Source of the DNA: Lama glama
Taxonomy: Eukaryota
Length of the DNA: 64,000 nucleotides
Reading direction: 5' to 3'
Assembly (NCBI GenBank): GCA_028534125.1
Contig: CM052817.1
Coordinates: 47,680,001 to 47,744,000, forward strand
Shown here piece by piece: positions 39,480 through 54,709 of the stretch; within the stretch, counting starts at the first letter, position 1; every line of letters starts with the position of its first letter. Made by a program: the position numbers and the translations under genes. Below the pieces are notes generated by a model that worked only from the letters and a program-made list of their open reading frames with translations, was not told the origin of the DNA and ran no database searches.

Positions 39480-40980
39480 CTTCAGGCCACAATGGAATAT
39501 CTGGGACCCAACTTACTCTCTAACCATATGCAATTAGAAAACTGAGAAAAATAAATACAACAATTTTTTTTTGTTTTTTTAGCAATGGATAACAGGGGTT
39601 GTAAGATATACCTTAGAGAAAGCAAACAGAAAAGGTGAGTCCTTCATTTACCTGGGCTTTCTGCCTAAAGGCACTTTCTGAATCCTAGTGCAGAGAGGGG
39701 AATGCCATGAACAGTATGGATGTCTGACTTCAGAGACCAAGATTGGAGCTGTGGTTGGCAAGGCAACTGAAATTTGTGGACAAAGTACCAGAAAGGAGGG
39801 AACTTTAAAAGAAGTTCACCAAAAATCTGAATAGGGGTCCAAATAAGTCTTTAATTTAACACAAATCTGATTAGGGGTAAACTCCATGCCAAAGAAAAAC
39901 CACAAGATAACTATAATCTGAAAAATTCTGACCTCGCACATTGTTGGGAGACATTAAAATTCCGTATCAGTGAGACCTCATTGAACACACAGGAATTCAA
40001 TACTGAAACCTAAAACGTCATGTCTCTATAATAAGGTTAAACTAGTCCTAAAGTAAAGGCTATGTTAGAACCACCATAACAAGCCCTAAAAACAAGTTTT
40101 GAAAAGACAAAAATGTTAATTAACTTCTTGTCAAAACAAACTTCAAGACTTTTTTAAAAAAGAAGAAAAAACCCCAACATTCACAAAGGTTACATTTATA
40201 ATGTCTGATATATCTAATCAAAAGTTACAAGATAGGAGCAAAATGTGATCTATAACCCAAAGCAACGTTATTCAGTAGAAAGACAGAGACAAGAGGCATA
40301 ATGGAACCAACAGACAAGAACTTTAAAATCAGAATTATGCATATGCTTGAGAATTTAAAGAAAAATATGAACACAATGAGGTAAGAATGGAAGATAGAAA
40401 AAAGATTTTTTAAAAGACCCACATGGAACTTCTAGAGGTAAAAAATACAATATTGGAAATGAGAAACTCATTTGAATGGAATTAACAATGGATGAGAAAT
40501 ACAGAAACAATGACAGTGAACTTGAGCAGATGATAATAAAAACTATCCGAACTAAAGCATAGAGATGACCGAACAAAAAAAAAGAAACCTCATTGACCTG
40601 TGAGATAAAATCAAGTAAATCAAGTGGTCTAATACTTTTAATGAGAGTTTTAGATGAAAGTGAAAAAGAAGCATAAAAATATTTGAAAAAATCGTGGCCA
40701 AAATTTTCTAAATTTGATGAAAACTATAAATTCAGATTCAAAATGTTTAATGAACCATAAGCACAGAGAAGATACAACAAAGTCATATCATAATCAACTT
40801 GACTAAAACCATGATTAGGTAGAAACCAGGAAAAAAATCTGAGTAAAAGAATCACTACTTACAGAAAAACATAAGAGAATGTTTGCAGACTCCTCATCAG
40901 AAACAACATAAGCTAGAGGATTACAAAATGGCATTTTTTAAGTACTAAAAATAAACCCCAAAACTAAAATAGTTAACCTA
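39480..40980 (+). mobile_element. old L1M 5' UTR and ORF1 remnant
   Basis: A-rich ORF1-like motifs (tggaacttctagag, ggccaaaattttctaaatttgatgaaaactataa, gcagactcctcatcagaaacaac). Confidence 0.75.
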
Positions 40981-41129
40981 GATTATATTGATGAAGTCAG
41001 TCTGCTACCATTTTGTTAAGGATGCTTACATCATGTTCATGAGGGATACTGTAATTTTTAATTTTTTGTAATGTCTAAGGTTTTTAGAACAATTATGCCA
41101 TTTTTATAAAAAAGTTAGAACAAGACCCT

Positions 41130-41945
41130 GTCTTGTCCTCTAGAGTCACACCAGGGCCCTGCACTTAGCTCCTATCCATAGTCATGTGGGTGGGAGTTTT
41201 CTATAGGTAAGTAGTCCCACTTATCATCATTCCCAATGACTCACTGCAAGAATTTGTGCTTCTCATCCCTGAAACTCTATGTTCTGTAGAATTAGAGGTC
41301 CTCATGCCCAAAGTAGGGTGCACCCTTGCACCAAGACATAGTGAGGGTCTTTTTGCACTGTAAGGTACGGCTGTCTGGAAACCAGAAGGTGAAAAGAGGG
41401 TTCAGTATCTTGGCAGGGATAATTTACCCTGATCACAGAGAGGAGATGCGGCTGCTTCTATCAAAATGGAAGAATGTAAAATTCACGTGATCCACTTGGG
41501 ATTCTCTTGGGACTCCCTGTTTCAATTATAACTGCAAATGAATACATGCCTAAACAATATATGGTTCCCAAGGGCTCAGACTCTTCAGGAATGACAGTTT
41601 GGATCATCCTACCGGGTAAGTCAGTAAGACCTGCACAGAGAGAAGCTGAGGATGACGAGGATGAGGATCAGACAAAAGTGAAAGGAGTACTGGCATCGGG
41701 TCCCAAGCTGACTTCAATGACAGAGCCTGCAGTTAGCTCACCTGCACCTCTCTTCTGAGTTTCCCTCAAGAAGAAAGACCCGTGAAGAACTGCTCCATGT
41801 GGGAAAGTGGAGTATGCCATACAAGGTATGGACTGTGGTAGCCACTGGAGACACGCCTCTCAGATCTCTTTTCAAGACAGTACTTTCTGTGATGAATGTA
41901 GTTATTCTCCAGCTGTGGCACATTCCCTATCCCCTCTGCTGCAGT
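41130..41945 (+). mobile_element. ERVL-type internal 3' end plus start of 3' LTR (from 41834)
   Basis: tcttggcagggataatttaccctgatcac, ggctcagactcttcaggaatgacagtttgg; then purine tract and tgtggtagcc LTR start. Confidence 0.7.
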
Positions 41946-44544
41946 CCAGAAATTGCCTTTAGCCAGTAAACACAGAACTCACTTCGTTCTTTCCCCTTTT
42001 CTCAGTGACTACAGTCTCGTACTACCTGATGGCCAATGTCTGGAAATAGCTGTTTCATGTATTTTGTCCAGTTTTTTTTGTTATTTTACATGGGAAGATA
42101 ATTTCCATTCTAGTTATCCCTACTTGGTTGGAAACAGAAATCCAGTGAGCTTTTTATCATGTATTTACTAATTGTTTCCTTAGAAATCACATTATGTCTA
42201 AATGCATTCAAATTATACCACAGAGTGAAATTCCCAAATATTAAGTCTAACTTTGGTTGCTTTGAGTCAGGATAATGCAAAGAAACTCAAACATTTCTTA
42301 TCCATAAGCCCCTAATTAAATAAAAATTAGGATAAATTGGAACACAAGATAACTTTTTGTTATTGAAAGTTGTTTGAATACATCCTATTATTTAATATAC
42401 CTGATAATATCTACAGGCTTAAAAATTCATGGAAATGCCTAAAATAATAATATACACCTTTTAAAGATACATTTTAGACTTTTGAAGAAAACAACCTAAT
42501 TCAAATGAGTATATAAGTCAACAAAATATCAGCTCCTGACATTTTTTAAATGGATCATAATGAATCACAGTGGAGCAAAGATTAAATGCAGCCCGAAGAA
42601 ACTGCAAAGTTATTGAATCATTAAACACTTACATAATAGAATAATTACTTTGGAAGGAAGCCTAAAGATCCTAACCACTCATTTTTATTTTTCAATGTTA
42701 TGAGGATTTCTGGTTTTTACTTTGTAAGTATTTAACTAGGAAGATGTGAAACATTTTATCAGGGGCTGATGATTAAGTAATATTTTATATGAAAACTCTA
42801 ATAATGTAAAGTATAAATGAATAAACAAAATCCCAAATTTAGTTCCAGGGATTTTTTTAATTTGGCAAATCTAGTTAGTAACTCAACTAAAAGCTCTGAT
42901 CCCTTGTCTAGTGCCCTTTCCACAATTATTATATTACCAAAAACAAAAAACCAGTATCGTATATACCAAATGGTTCCCTTCTTTCCACGACAGATTCTTG
43001 AGATCAATATTATAACTGAAGACATCTGTTTCTCGTGCTTTAAAGCAGTATTATCTCAGCTGAGTGGTCAAACATTAAACTTCCCATTTTTCCTTACACC
43101 CATGTGTTATTTCCAGGGAATGAAATTTGCCAAGTAACAGGATTGTAATAAGCAAGGGGAATGTACTTCAATTCTGGGGGAAAGGTCACAAAAGGTGAGA
43201 TTAAAGATGAACCTGTATTATAGTGTTACTAAGGGATAATCTTACTGTTAGAAAATATGGATAGAAGGAATCCAAATAAAAAGCATGCAACCAAGGGGCA
43301 TATTTACACAAATACGGATAACTGTGTTATTTTTTAACTGGCATTAGAAACTTTTCCCATTACAATACTAAACTAAATTTCATTCTAAATTTAATATTTA
43401 ACATTCTTATGTTTGACCAAGATCAGATCTGTCAATATAGATGAAAACAGAAAGCTCAGTTCACTTTGACTTATTCAGCCTATTTCCTTATAGTGAAATT
43501 GAACTTGCTTTTGAGCCATTCTAGATTAAAATTTAGCTAAGTTGATCAAATGATCTAGGATGTGATATGTTTGTACAACAAAAATCTATTAGTTTTATTT
43601 CCATTTCTTTTATTCTGTGACCCCTGTGCATTGAGATATCTGTAAAAGTGTCAGCTTACTCAAAAGTTGTTTAGGCTTTAGAGTTTTGCTAATTCTAACT
43701 GTCAGTATAAATTTATTTCTTTACTTTCAAATTAAGCAAATGGACAACCCACTTAGTGAAAAGAAGTCAAATTTATGAAGCAGGAGTATTTGTTGTAGTG
43801 ATTCTTTGTTTTGTATTAATTAGTGTAATTATCTTTTTTTCTCCCTACCATCTTTCTTTGTGACTAATATCTGGCTTCATGAGCATAAGACTGCCCATTT
43901 GACAGACTCTTCATATGTAAAATGGAGATAATAAAAGAATATGCATTGTTATGTTTCTGTGTGCTTCTTGTTTTGAATAATTTCCATTTCTATCTAAATA
44001 CGCATGCACATTTTGGGAGGAAAAAAGGAAAATAAAGGGGAAAAGGCATACCCATATTTGATTCACCTGTACTTCTTTTATCTGCTTCATGTATTATATT
44101 TGTTGTTTCTTGAAAAATAACTTCAAGTGCCTAGACATTAGATGTACAATTCAATGAAACTTGACACATATATTTATCTGTATAACCAACACCCCTATCA
44201 AATTATATAATAATCTCATCATCCTAGAAAATTCCTTTATTTCAGTCAACTCATTTTCCCACAGCAACCACCATTCTAATTTTTATCACCATTAATTAGT
44301 TGTGTCGTTTTTGATATACACGGAATTATATAGTATGCTTTCTATTGTATCTAGCTTCTTTCATTCTAATATCTATGTGATTCTTCCATACTGTGTCTGG
44401 TATAGAGGTGAAGCAGAGGTCATGGTAGAATTAAAATTTATTTTCCTTTCATAGAGTTATCCTGCTGTTTTAGCACTATTTGTTAAAATACTTTCTTTTT
44501 CCATTAAATTGCTTTGTCAAAGATCAAATGATTGAGGGTCTTTG

Positions 44545-46450
44545 ATTTCCATTTCCACATGTAAGCATCTTGGAAGTTGCCACTCTGCCCTAACAACAAG
44601 TAAAAAACTGAAGCTACTGAAAAATCAACAACTCTTCCTGGACCCATAAGAGAGGATAGGACACAGGGCAAACTATTGCACCCAAGATTGGAGAATCAGA
44701 CAGGACAATAAAGGGAGTAGCAGCTTGTCAAAGCATAGACTCCCAAGTAGAAACTACCACATGAACCAGTGCTGGAGTAAGAAAATCTGAACTGTTAATT
44801 AATGAATTCCTGGAGGCTCAGTGGAGACAACTCCATGAGTTAAAAACTCCAGGGGACCCAGTTATAGAGGATCCCTCAGAATACTGTGAGATTTAACTCC
44901 AGGAGCTCAAACAGAATCCCACAGTGACATAAGAGAAAAATTTCCTCCTGCTTCCAGCAAGGAGAGGGGGAAGGAACCATCTTGAAATATCCCTGAAAAC
45001 TCTTAATTGTTAATAAGATACAAGACAAGGATATCCCCTCACCACTCCTTTTCAACATCATACTGGAAGTCTTTGTTTATGCAATAAGGCAAGAGAAGGA
45101 AATAAAAGATTGGGAATGAAGACATAAAATTGTCTTTGTTCACAAATACATGATCATTCATGTAGAAAATCTGAAAAAAAACTGATTAAAATACTTGTGG
45201 AATTAATAAGCATTTATAGCAAAATTGTAAGATACAAGGTTAATATACAAAAGTCAACTGTTTTCCTATATACCAACAATGGAAAAGTAGAACATGAAAT
45301 TATAAACACAATACCATTTATATTAGCACACCAAAAAAGTGAAATACTTAGGTATATATCTAACAAAATATGTGTAATATCTATACGAGGAAAACTATAA
45401 AACCCTAATAAATCAAAGAACTAAATGGTCGGATGTCTCACGTTCATGGACAGGAAGACTCAACACTGTCAAAGTGTCAATTCTCCCCCAAATTTATCTA
45501 GTTCCAATGCAATCCCAATGAAAATCCCTGGAAGTTATTTTATGAATATCTACAAACTGATTCTAAAGTTGATATGGAAAGGCAAAAGACAAGGATAGTC
45601 AAGATAATTTTGAAAGAAAAGAACAAAATTGGAGGACTGACACTACTTGTCTCCAAGACTTTCTGTGAAGCTATCATGATCAAGACAGACTGGAAATAGT
45701 GAAGAAATAGACAAATAGAACAATGGAACAGAATAGAGATCCCAAGATATAGACCCCATAAATATAATCAACTGATCTCTGATAAAGGAGCAATGGCAAT
45801 GCAGTGGATCAAAGATAGTACTTTCAATAAACAGGGCAAGAACAACTGGGCATCTACATGCAAAAAAAAAAAAAAAAAAGAATCTACACATATACATCTT
45901 TCACAAAAACTAACACAAAGTTAATCACCGACCTAAATGTAAAACACAAAACTATAAAACTTCAGAGACAATATAGGAAAAAACCTAGATAACTCTGGAT
46001 ATGGTGATGCTTTTCAGATACACCACCAAAAACACAACTCATGAAAGAAATAATTAGTAAGTTAGACTTCATTAAAATGTAAAACTTACACTCTGTGAAA
46101 GGTAATGCCAAGACAATGAGAAGACAGGCCACAGACTGGGAGACAAAATTTGCAAAAGACATATCTGATAAAGAACTATTACTGAAAATTTACCAAGAAC
46201 TCTTAAAACTGAACAATAAGAAAAAACAACCCAGTTTTTCTTAAAAAGGGTCAAAAACGTAAAGGGTAATTCTCCAAAGAAGATACATAGGTGACAAAAC
46301 AGCAATATGAGATGTTCCACATAATATGCCACCAGGGAAGTGTAAATTAGTACAACAGTGAGATACCACTATGCACCTATTAGAATGGCTGAAAGTCAAC
46401 ACACCAACAATACCGAATGCTGGCAAGAATGTGCAGCATCAGGAACTCGC
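44545..46450 (+). mobile_element. L1MC-like element: 5'-UTR piece joined at about 44995 to the 3' half of ORF2
   Basis: ORF2 motifs (acaagacaaggatatcccctcaccactccttttcaacat, caatggaacagaatagaga); similar to 29983-30830. Confidence 0.85.
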
Positions 46451-46539
46451 TCTCTACCCACTCTGAGCTGTTAGTCTCTTAAAGGCTTTTTCAGGCAGAC
46501 TGAAGACAAATTCCACTGTACTTCTGTATGTATGCATAT

Positions 46540-47570
46540 CTGTGGCTTCCTCATCTCAGTTTATCTAAATTGTAAAACTTTCATGTTTTCTACCTTTTGT
46601 AAGTCTATTAAAAGTCTTCAATAACTCAAAGGCTTTATCCTATTTTTACCATAAGTTTATTTTTCAATGTGTTTTCAACATGATTACATGAATGTATAGA
46701 ATGGCACTGATTTTTATATAGGCAATTAACAAATGACTACCTTAAAAAGTTGAATAGTTTCTCTATTGCCTATATTTGCTTCTCTAGATAATCATATGCT
46801 GTGAAAAAAAAAAGACTTTTCAAAATCTATTCATCATTTTTCTTATAATATTGAAGATATATCCAAAATATAAAAACTTATGATAAAAACAGATACTCAG
46901 GTCTTTTTATTGACTTTAATGGGAAAGTCTTTGTTTTAGTATATTCAGAAGGCTAAATTTTGCTTTGAGATGGTACTTTTATCATGTAAAGTATGTCACT
47001 TCTATTCCACCTACTTTTTTTTTTTTTTAACAAGTGTATGTTGAATATTTCCTAACATTCTTAACAGGCTCTGTTGGGATTTTTAAATATATTTTTCTCC
47101 TTTAAATGTATTTATTTGATTTATATTTATTTTTATGTATCTCCTAATTTTGATTCCTTGAATCAACACAATTTGTGAATTTTAATATGTTGCTGTTTTT
47201 ACATTCTGATTTTGAAATAAACTCACACACACAATGTTTGAATAACACACAGAACATTACCCAAATCCTACGATTGTTACCATTTACTGTAGACCTTCTC
47301 TCTTTCCACTATGGTAACTTTTAAATTTCACCATTCCTTTTACAATTTTTAGTTTCTATTCTACCATTTGTTTACTTATTTATTATCAGTATAAACTCAT
47401 GGATTTTTATTTTATTTAATGGGTTTTAATTCATTACTATCGTTTTTTATTTCAACCCTTTAATTAATTGTCCCAGCTTTGGCCAGTGTGGGCCACTTCA
47501 AGCTATCTCTTCTGTCCTGTTTAAAGGTCCCAAGGTTTTGAGCACTGTTATTTTGTGGCACACAACACTC
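46540..47570 (-). mobile_element. highly degraded L1M fragments
   Basis: T-rich antisense ORF2 and 3' UTR motifs (gactttaatgggaaag, ttgtcccagctttggccagtg). Confidence 0.55.
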
Positions 47571-50500
47571 CAAATATATAACAATGACAGGCATAATTTT
47601 TTGGAAAAATCACTACATTCAAATCAAGACAAATACCTCTTTGGATGAGAAACACAGAGCAATAAATTGAAGCTGATGTCAAAGCCTTGATGGACCCAGG
47701 TCATAAAACCAGCGGAGGCAGATGTAAGTATGTATAGCAGAAGAGAGACCATCTCAGGGGTCAGATGAGGTGTTGCTCCATGAATGTAAGGACTGTGGCA
47801 AAATTCCCCCACCCATATAATAAGCTGAAAGTGTCTGATACCTACTCAGGGTTGAACTGTGTATAATCTGCCAGAAGGAAATAAAGATGACTTGGATCAG
47901 GGCTGGGCAAAATGCCAGCAGATTCATTCAGTTGCTGGATCTAGAAAGTATCTGTGGGATGGGAGAGCAGAGCCACTAATATAAGACCTGCTTCTAGACC
48001 CAGGCCTCAGAGGCGTGGTGACAACAGCCACAGAACTGCCAGGCAGGGGAGGGCGAACACAAAGTGAAATAGATGAGTGGGCAACTTCCCCGTCAAGACC
48101 AAACTGCAGTTCTAAATCATATAAAGAAGTCCGACGATAAGGCAGCAGAATAAATAGTTGGAGCTAACAAAGTTAAAGTCATAGAAAATAAAAATGACTA
48201 AGTATGCCTCAGATTTGCAGAGATCAATGTGGAATATTGGGTTTTTCCTTCAAAAACTTGTTCCAAAGAGATAAAAAGGTTGGATAAATGAGATTAAAAA
48301 GAAAACCAGAGCAACCTAGCTTGGTAGGAGCTCAACTGTGGGTTTACTGGAGTGTTAGTACAGAGGCAGGCAGGCAGGAATTTGGCTCCTAGAGGGCAAA
48401 GGGGACCAGAATAGTACAGGAGCGAATGGTGGGCCAGAGATAGGATCACTACTTAGAGCTAGAGCTAGCAAGCCCCAGGCTATGTCAAAGAAGACTGAAG
48501 AATCTCTGCACCTACTAACTGAGGCTAGACAGGCAGACAGCAGCCTCCCTTCTAGGAATGGAGCCAAGCCACCTGCTGTCTCTACAACTGCGTTTGTCAG
48601 AGCCCCAAATCCCCACAGAGCCAGAACGCTCAGCCATGATTATCTGGCCCGGTTGTGTCCTATATAGAGGAATTTACCAATCAGTATCCTAGTAGGGCAT
48701 TTTATTTAATATTTCTAGTTAATTGATTGATCAAGCAGTAATCAATTAGTTATGTCATGCAAGCAAAGACAAATGACCTTCAGGCAGATAAATAAGGCTT
48801 GCTGAACTGGCATTGCCTGGGGGAAATCTCAGGAAGACAAGGATCCATGGCAGGCTTGCATGGCCCCCATTGCCCGTCACAAGATGCAGCACAGAGCAAT
48901 CTGGCAGGGCCAGACATCAGGCTTCAGCAGAGGGATCCTGATGATTGGGCCATGGGGCCTTAGGCTGGCTCATTAACAAAACTAATCATTCCTCTGGTGT
49001 TACCATGGGTTGTGAGGTAACAGCTATATAATGTGAGAAAATGTGGATCCAGCTGTTCCTCCTGCCAGCCCCACATATACAACTGGAAGCATAATCAGCC
49101 CACCCCTGGTGTGACCAGGGGCCAGCATCCAAGACTAGCAGATACTGCTACATGTGATGGGAACAAGTTGCAGGATTCACACACTGTTGCTCATGGCTAA
49201 GTATGTGCTGGCCTCCTTCCTCTGGGCACTGTCAGAGCTGGGTCCTCGTCTTCTGATTAGCCAGGATCTGTTGGCTTAAGCAACTGGATTTACTTGGTTT
49301 ATGAGGAGCTTGATAAGAGGCATAATCCTCTAGTAGGCCAGCTGAAGGGAATCAGGCTTGGAAAATTTGACCCTCACTTCTTAGAAAGGATAGAGAAAAT
49401 TTGAACAATGCCATTTATAAGTTTGAGCTAATGAACATCTGTAAAATGCTGTACTTCAAAGAATCAGAATATATGCAGTATTTTTTAAAACATAGGAAAT
49501 GTCTTCTAAATGGCCAGGTTTTAAAATATTACATACAACTCATTTTCTGCTCAAGTGCCACTTACTTTAGAATTCAGTAACAAAACAATGACTTTAAAAA
49601 ATGACTTCAGACATTTTGAAAATACCCTTATAAAATATGAAAGTAAAATCAAAATGAAAAGGTGAATTTGGAATGAAAATGAAACAAATGGACTTAGGTT
49701 TAGTTGACAGCATAATCAGAGAGAAATATCTCAAGTTAGTTCAAAACTGTTTATCTCCAGTGTGTTATATCTTGTGGACAAGGAAATCTGCAAGAAAATC
49801 TTCAGTTGTGTTTGCTAATCATATTGTTAAAAACAAAACTGGTGCTGTTCGTCTAAAAATATTTTGTGTGTGTGTGTTTGTGTGTGCGTTCTAAAAGAGG
49901 AGCTTTTCCTAGCCAAAGATGAGACAATTAAATATCAAAAATAATAATAGTGGTATGAATACTTTGGAAAATTGTTAAGCAATATGTACTACAAATGAAA
50001 CATATACACTTTGCTATACTATATTTATGTGTGTGTAATATCTTCTCTCTATATGTATCTCCTATAACTCAGAAATTCCACTCCTAGGTATGCCTCCAAT
50101 GAGTAAATATGTTCATCAAGATTGTCCATGGTAGTGTTATTCTTATAGCCAAAACCTGATGATAACCCTATACTCCCCAACACAGAATGGATAACTAAAA
50201 AGTGGCATATTTATACATGGAATATAACACAAAAACAAGAATGAACAAACTATTACTACATGGAGCAACAGAGATGAACTTCCCCAAATTAATGCGGAAT
50301 GAAGGAAAACAAGTACAAAAAGGTACATACTATAGGAAGCCACTTTTATCAATATAAAAAACTGGTCAAAAGTCAGCCACAGTGTTAGAATTCAGGACAG
50401 GTTGCCCTTGGCACACTAGTGGATGTAAGAAAGTGGTGCTGCTTTAAGTTATTTATTTATGATTTGCAGACATATATACAGATGTTAATTTTCAGTGTAA

Positions 50501-51447
50501 AATATACATTAAAAATGAATCAGAACTTTTGCTACTAGGTAAAATGAAGTAGCTCACAGCCGAGCCGCTCTTTCACCAAAATTAACCAGAAAAAAAAAAA
50601 AAACTGCAGTGAATTGTAGCACATCAGATATGTTAAAATTCACAAATTCATAATGGTATTTATTTTTTTAAGTTTTCTGTTCACCTTTGGAGATGCTAAG
50701 GAATCAAATTATTATTCTGAAATCTATAAATAAAAGGAAAATATTAAGTATTTATGCTGCCTTTCCTACACAAATTATATCTTAGGGTAACTGAATAGTT
50801 AATGACAGAAAGTTCACCTTTATAGAAATATCCCAGCTAATAAGAAGTTATAGAATTAGAATGTAAAAAGTGGCTAGAAGTGCTAGAAAGTACTAAAAGA
50901 ACTAGAATTAGGATATTACCATTTTGTAAGATCTAACAAAATATAGGACCTACATAATGATGGTTAGTGGCAGCTAAAACCATGGAAGGGCAGATGAAAG
51001 ACGTTACAGTGAATAGATCACCCTGACAATACCTAATTCCTTGACCAGTTTTGACATTTTAAAAAGAGATAATCATATATTATACACCTCCTGACATGAT
51101 GCAATACGAAATACACACCACTATGGTTGATGTTCTCTGAAGAAAATCAAACCTTATATATAAAGCCTCAAGATCTAAGTTTATAGGAAATACAGACACA
51201 GAGGAACATGACATCATCAAAATTCAGAATATGGGAAATTACACTGGCCAGATGACTAGTTTCTTCCATAAATAAGTTGAAAAGAAGAAAAAGGAAAGGG
51301 AACATATAGATTAAGAGATATAAGAGTCACATCCACCAAATGCAGCATGTGACCTATGTTTGAATATTGATTCAAACAAGCCAATTGGTAAGAAAAAATG
51401 TGAGACAATAGGGAAGATTTGAGCACTATTTGATAATATTAAGATAC

Positions 51448-52372
51448 TTTGAGGAATCTCCATACTGTTTTCCACAGTGGCTGCACCAAACTGCATTCCC
51501 ACCAGCAGTGTAGGAGGGTTCCCTTTTCTCCACAGCCTCTCCAGAATTATTTGTGGACTTTTGAATGATGGCCATTCTGACGGGTGTGATGTGATAACCT
51601 CATCGTAGTTTTGATTTGCATTTCTCTGATGATTGGTGATACTGAGCATTTTTTCATGTGCCTATTGATCATTTGTATTTCTTCCTTGGAGAATTGCTTG
51701 TTTAGGTCTTCTGCCCATTTTTGGATTGGGTTGTTTGTTTTCTTCTTCTTAAGTCGTATGAACTGCTTATATATTCTGGAGATCAAGCCTTTGTCGGTTT
51801 CATCATTTGCAAAAATTCTTTCCCATTCCATAAGTTGTCTTTTTGTTTTACTTATGGTTTCCTGAAAACAGTATGGAGATTCCTCAAAATACTAGGAATA
51901 GACTTACCATATGACCCAGTAATCCCACTCCTGGGCATATATCCAGAAGGAACCCTACTTCAAAAAGACACCTGCACCCCANNNNNNNNNNNNNNNNNNN
52001 NNNNNNNNNNNNNNNNNNNNNNNNNNNNNNNNNNNNNNNNNNNNNNNNNNNNNNNNNNNNNNNNNNNNNNNNNNNNNNNNNATAGAAACAGACTCCTAGA
52101 CACAGAATACAAACTTGTGGTTGCCAAGGGGGAGGGGGTGGGAAGAGACAGAATGGAATTTCAAAATTTGTAGATACTGACAGGCATATGCAGAATAGAT
52201 AAACAAGATTATATTGTATAGCACAGGGAAATATATACAAGATCTTGTGGTAGCTTACAGCAAAAAAATGTGACAATGAATATATGTATGTTCATGTATA
52301 ACTGAAAAATTGTGCACTACACTGGAATTTGACACAACACTGTAAAATGACTATAACTCAAAAAATTTTTAA
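51448..52372. mobile_element. young 5'-inverted (twin-primed) L1
   Basis: 51448-51863 antisense ORF2 end; 51864-52372 sense ORF2 end and 3' UTR; TSD aagatactttga / aagataccttga. Confidence 0.92.
51982..52081. other. assembly gap (100 N)
   Basis: Seen directly. Confidence 1.
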
Positions 52373-54709
52373 AAGATACCTTGATTAAATTTTAGCTGTG
52401 ATAATGGCATTGTGATTATGTTATTAAAAAAAAAGTCTTATCTTTTGAACTTCATATTGAGGTATTTAATAAAGGTATAATTTGAAATCTTAGATACGCT
52501 TCAAAATAATCCAGTGGAAGGGAAGTAGTGAGCAGGGATATTTGAAATATGATTAACAAGACTGATAATTATTGAAGCTGAGTGATTGTCCATGGGGATT
52601 CATTATACTATTCTCCTATTTTATGTATATTGAAAAGATGCAACTAAATAAACCACACCACTAAATAAATCTTATGAGAACTACAAATGTTTAGAACTGA
52701 ATGACAAAAACACATCATTTATAAACTAATGAGATGCCTCAGAGCACCAAAGGAACAAATTATTACTTTTCATTCACATATCAAAAAAGGAAAGCAAGTA
52801 ATTTGAAAATAAATCTCTAAAATATACAAATAAAGAAACTACAGATAAAAGCAAGAATCTGTTACAACAGAAAGCAAAAATACAATGAAGACATTCAATA
52901 AACACACAAAAAATAAAAAATATTAATAAAATTGGCAAACATTTAGAAAAATTAATCAAGAAAAATATTTGAATTGAGACAGGACACAAAACTAGAGCTA
53001 CAACAGAAATAAAGAAAGAATAATCAGGTTTTTTGCCTGTTTGACGAAAAGATCAGACAATTTAAACTCCTTTGCTGAATGGTGTAAAAAATGCTTCCTC
53101 TCCAAATATTAACAAGACTGCAAGCAATTAACAGGCCAAAATCTCAGGAGGAGATAGAATCAGAGAGGCAAACACGGCTCCAGGCTTTGCTTACCCTGAC
53201 ACTATCTGCACATCCAGGAGAGACTGCTGTAAAATTGAGCTGCAGTGTGTCAGCCTCAGAAGGACTGGGGGAATCTTCAAAGACCGCTGTCAACTTAAAT
53301 GGAAGACCTTGATAAGCCATCAGGCATTTTATTCAGGTAGTAATGAACTGAAAGTAGAACAGCTTTCGTAAGGACTTCTAGCCCACTTGTCATTGAGTGG
53401 TCCAAGGAACCTCAAGCCTAAGACGTTATTTAAAGTGGATATGGTGGATATGGATATGTAGCATCTCCAGTACCTGGCGATGGCCAATAAAAATTGCATC
53501 AGTCACTGAAGAGTATGCATTCTTTTCAACATAAAAGGAACCTTATATAAAAATTGACTATAAACAGGACAGAAGGAAAGGTTAACAAATTTAAAATGGT
53601 GAAATCAATGTAAGATATTCACAATACAGGGAAATAGATGTGCAAGATATGGGAACTCTGTACTCTGCAATTTTTTAGAAATCAAAACTGTTCTAAAATA
53701 AGTTTAGATAGATATAGAGTGTACATTCATAGACCTAAGAGATAAATCAATAGCAATAAAAATGTAAGAAAATTCAGAATATTTTCCCTGTCAGATTGAA
53801 TTCTAGAAAAATTTAAGCTAAAAATTATATGGTATGGAAAACTTACTAATAAATTTACAAGCAAGTTATGAGTACTATAAGGTCAAAAGAGCACAATTTT
53901 AAACACATAAACTTCTGGTGGCTCCAAAGATACAAGTTACATGAAGAAGAACTGGCAGTAGTCAGATCAGCTTGGGAAAAAGTGAATCTTCTCTTCTAAC
54001 TGTAGTTTGTAGAGAAGACAAAAATAATTCCCAAGTGCATTTACATTTACAGTATTTACTACTCATTACTTAGAATATATATATATATATATTTTTGGGG
54101 AACAAAATCTATAAAAACAAGAGGGAAATTTTGCATGGTAAAACTATGAGAAGTCATATTGTTAGTATATATAGTTTAATATTCAATTTTAATATTCAAC
54201 AAAAACAGTAGGAAAGATTATATATCCCAAGTCTAATAACGTGTAAAATACACATAAGGGCCATAGTATCAATCGATTCATCAGATCAGAGGTTAGGAAT
54301 ATGATTAATGTACGAGAGGCACTGACATTCATAGGTCTTGTAAGTCACAACCCCAAAAAAGATAGTCAGCCTTCTCTTTATAGTCACAGTTAAGGGCAGG
54401 GCACATTTAAAAAACAGTCAGCAGTCTGCCAAGCTGAACTGTCATCACTGTGCATGGCCTGGTAACTCAGAGTGTCAAAGGAGTACAGGGTCTGTGTATT
54501 ACCCAGAGGCTGGTTTGTATCTTCAGTCCCCTCTACTTCCAATTACACCATGGGTCTCATGTAGATAAGTAGGTGGATGAATGGAATGAAGGAAGGGAGG
54601 CAGATAAATATAGAAAACATATCATTCCTGTACATATCTTTGCTTTTAATATTTTTCATTTACTTAAAATATTCCAGAATGCCTCAAAAATAAGTACATC
54701 TTTGTTATA

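Larger units (their letters stand above)
49400..53720 (+). mobile_element. patchwork of old L1M pieces, including an L1MC4-like 3' UTR (about 50600-52640) split by a young L1
   Basis: tatttgataatattaag...tgtgataatggcattgtgattatgtt continues across the insertion; decayed ORF2 pieces on both sides. Confidence 0.65.

Noticed and set aside
42817..43137. 106-aa plus-strand ORF with an acceptor-like site near 42993
   Set aside because: The first part overlaps a MIR-like fragment, the peptide is unrecognisable and the donor site is weak
51721..52276. 150-aa and 130-aa ORFs
   Set aside because: They span the N gap and L1 sequence, so they are artefacts
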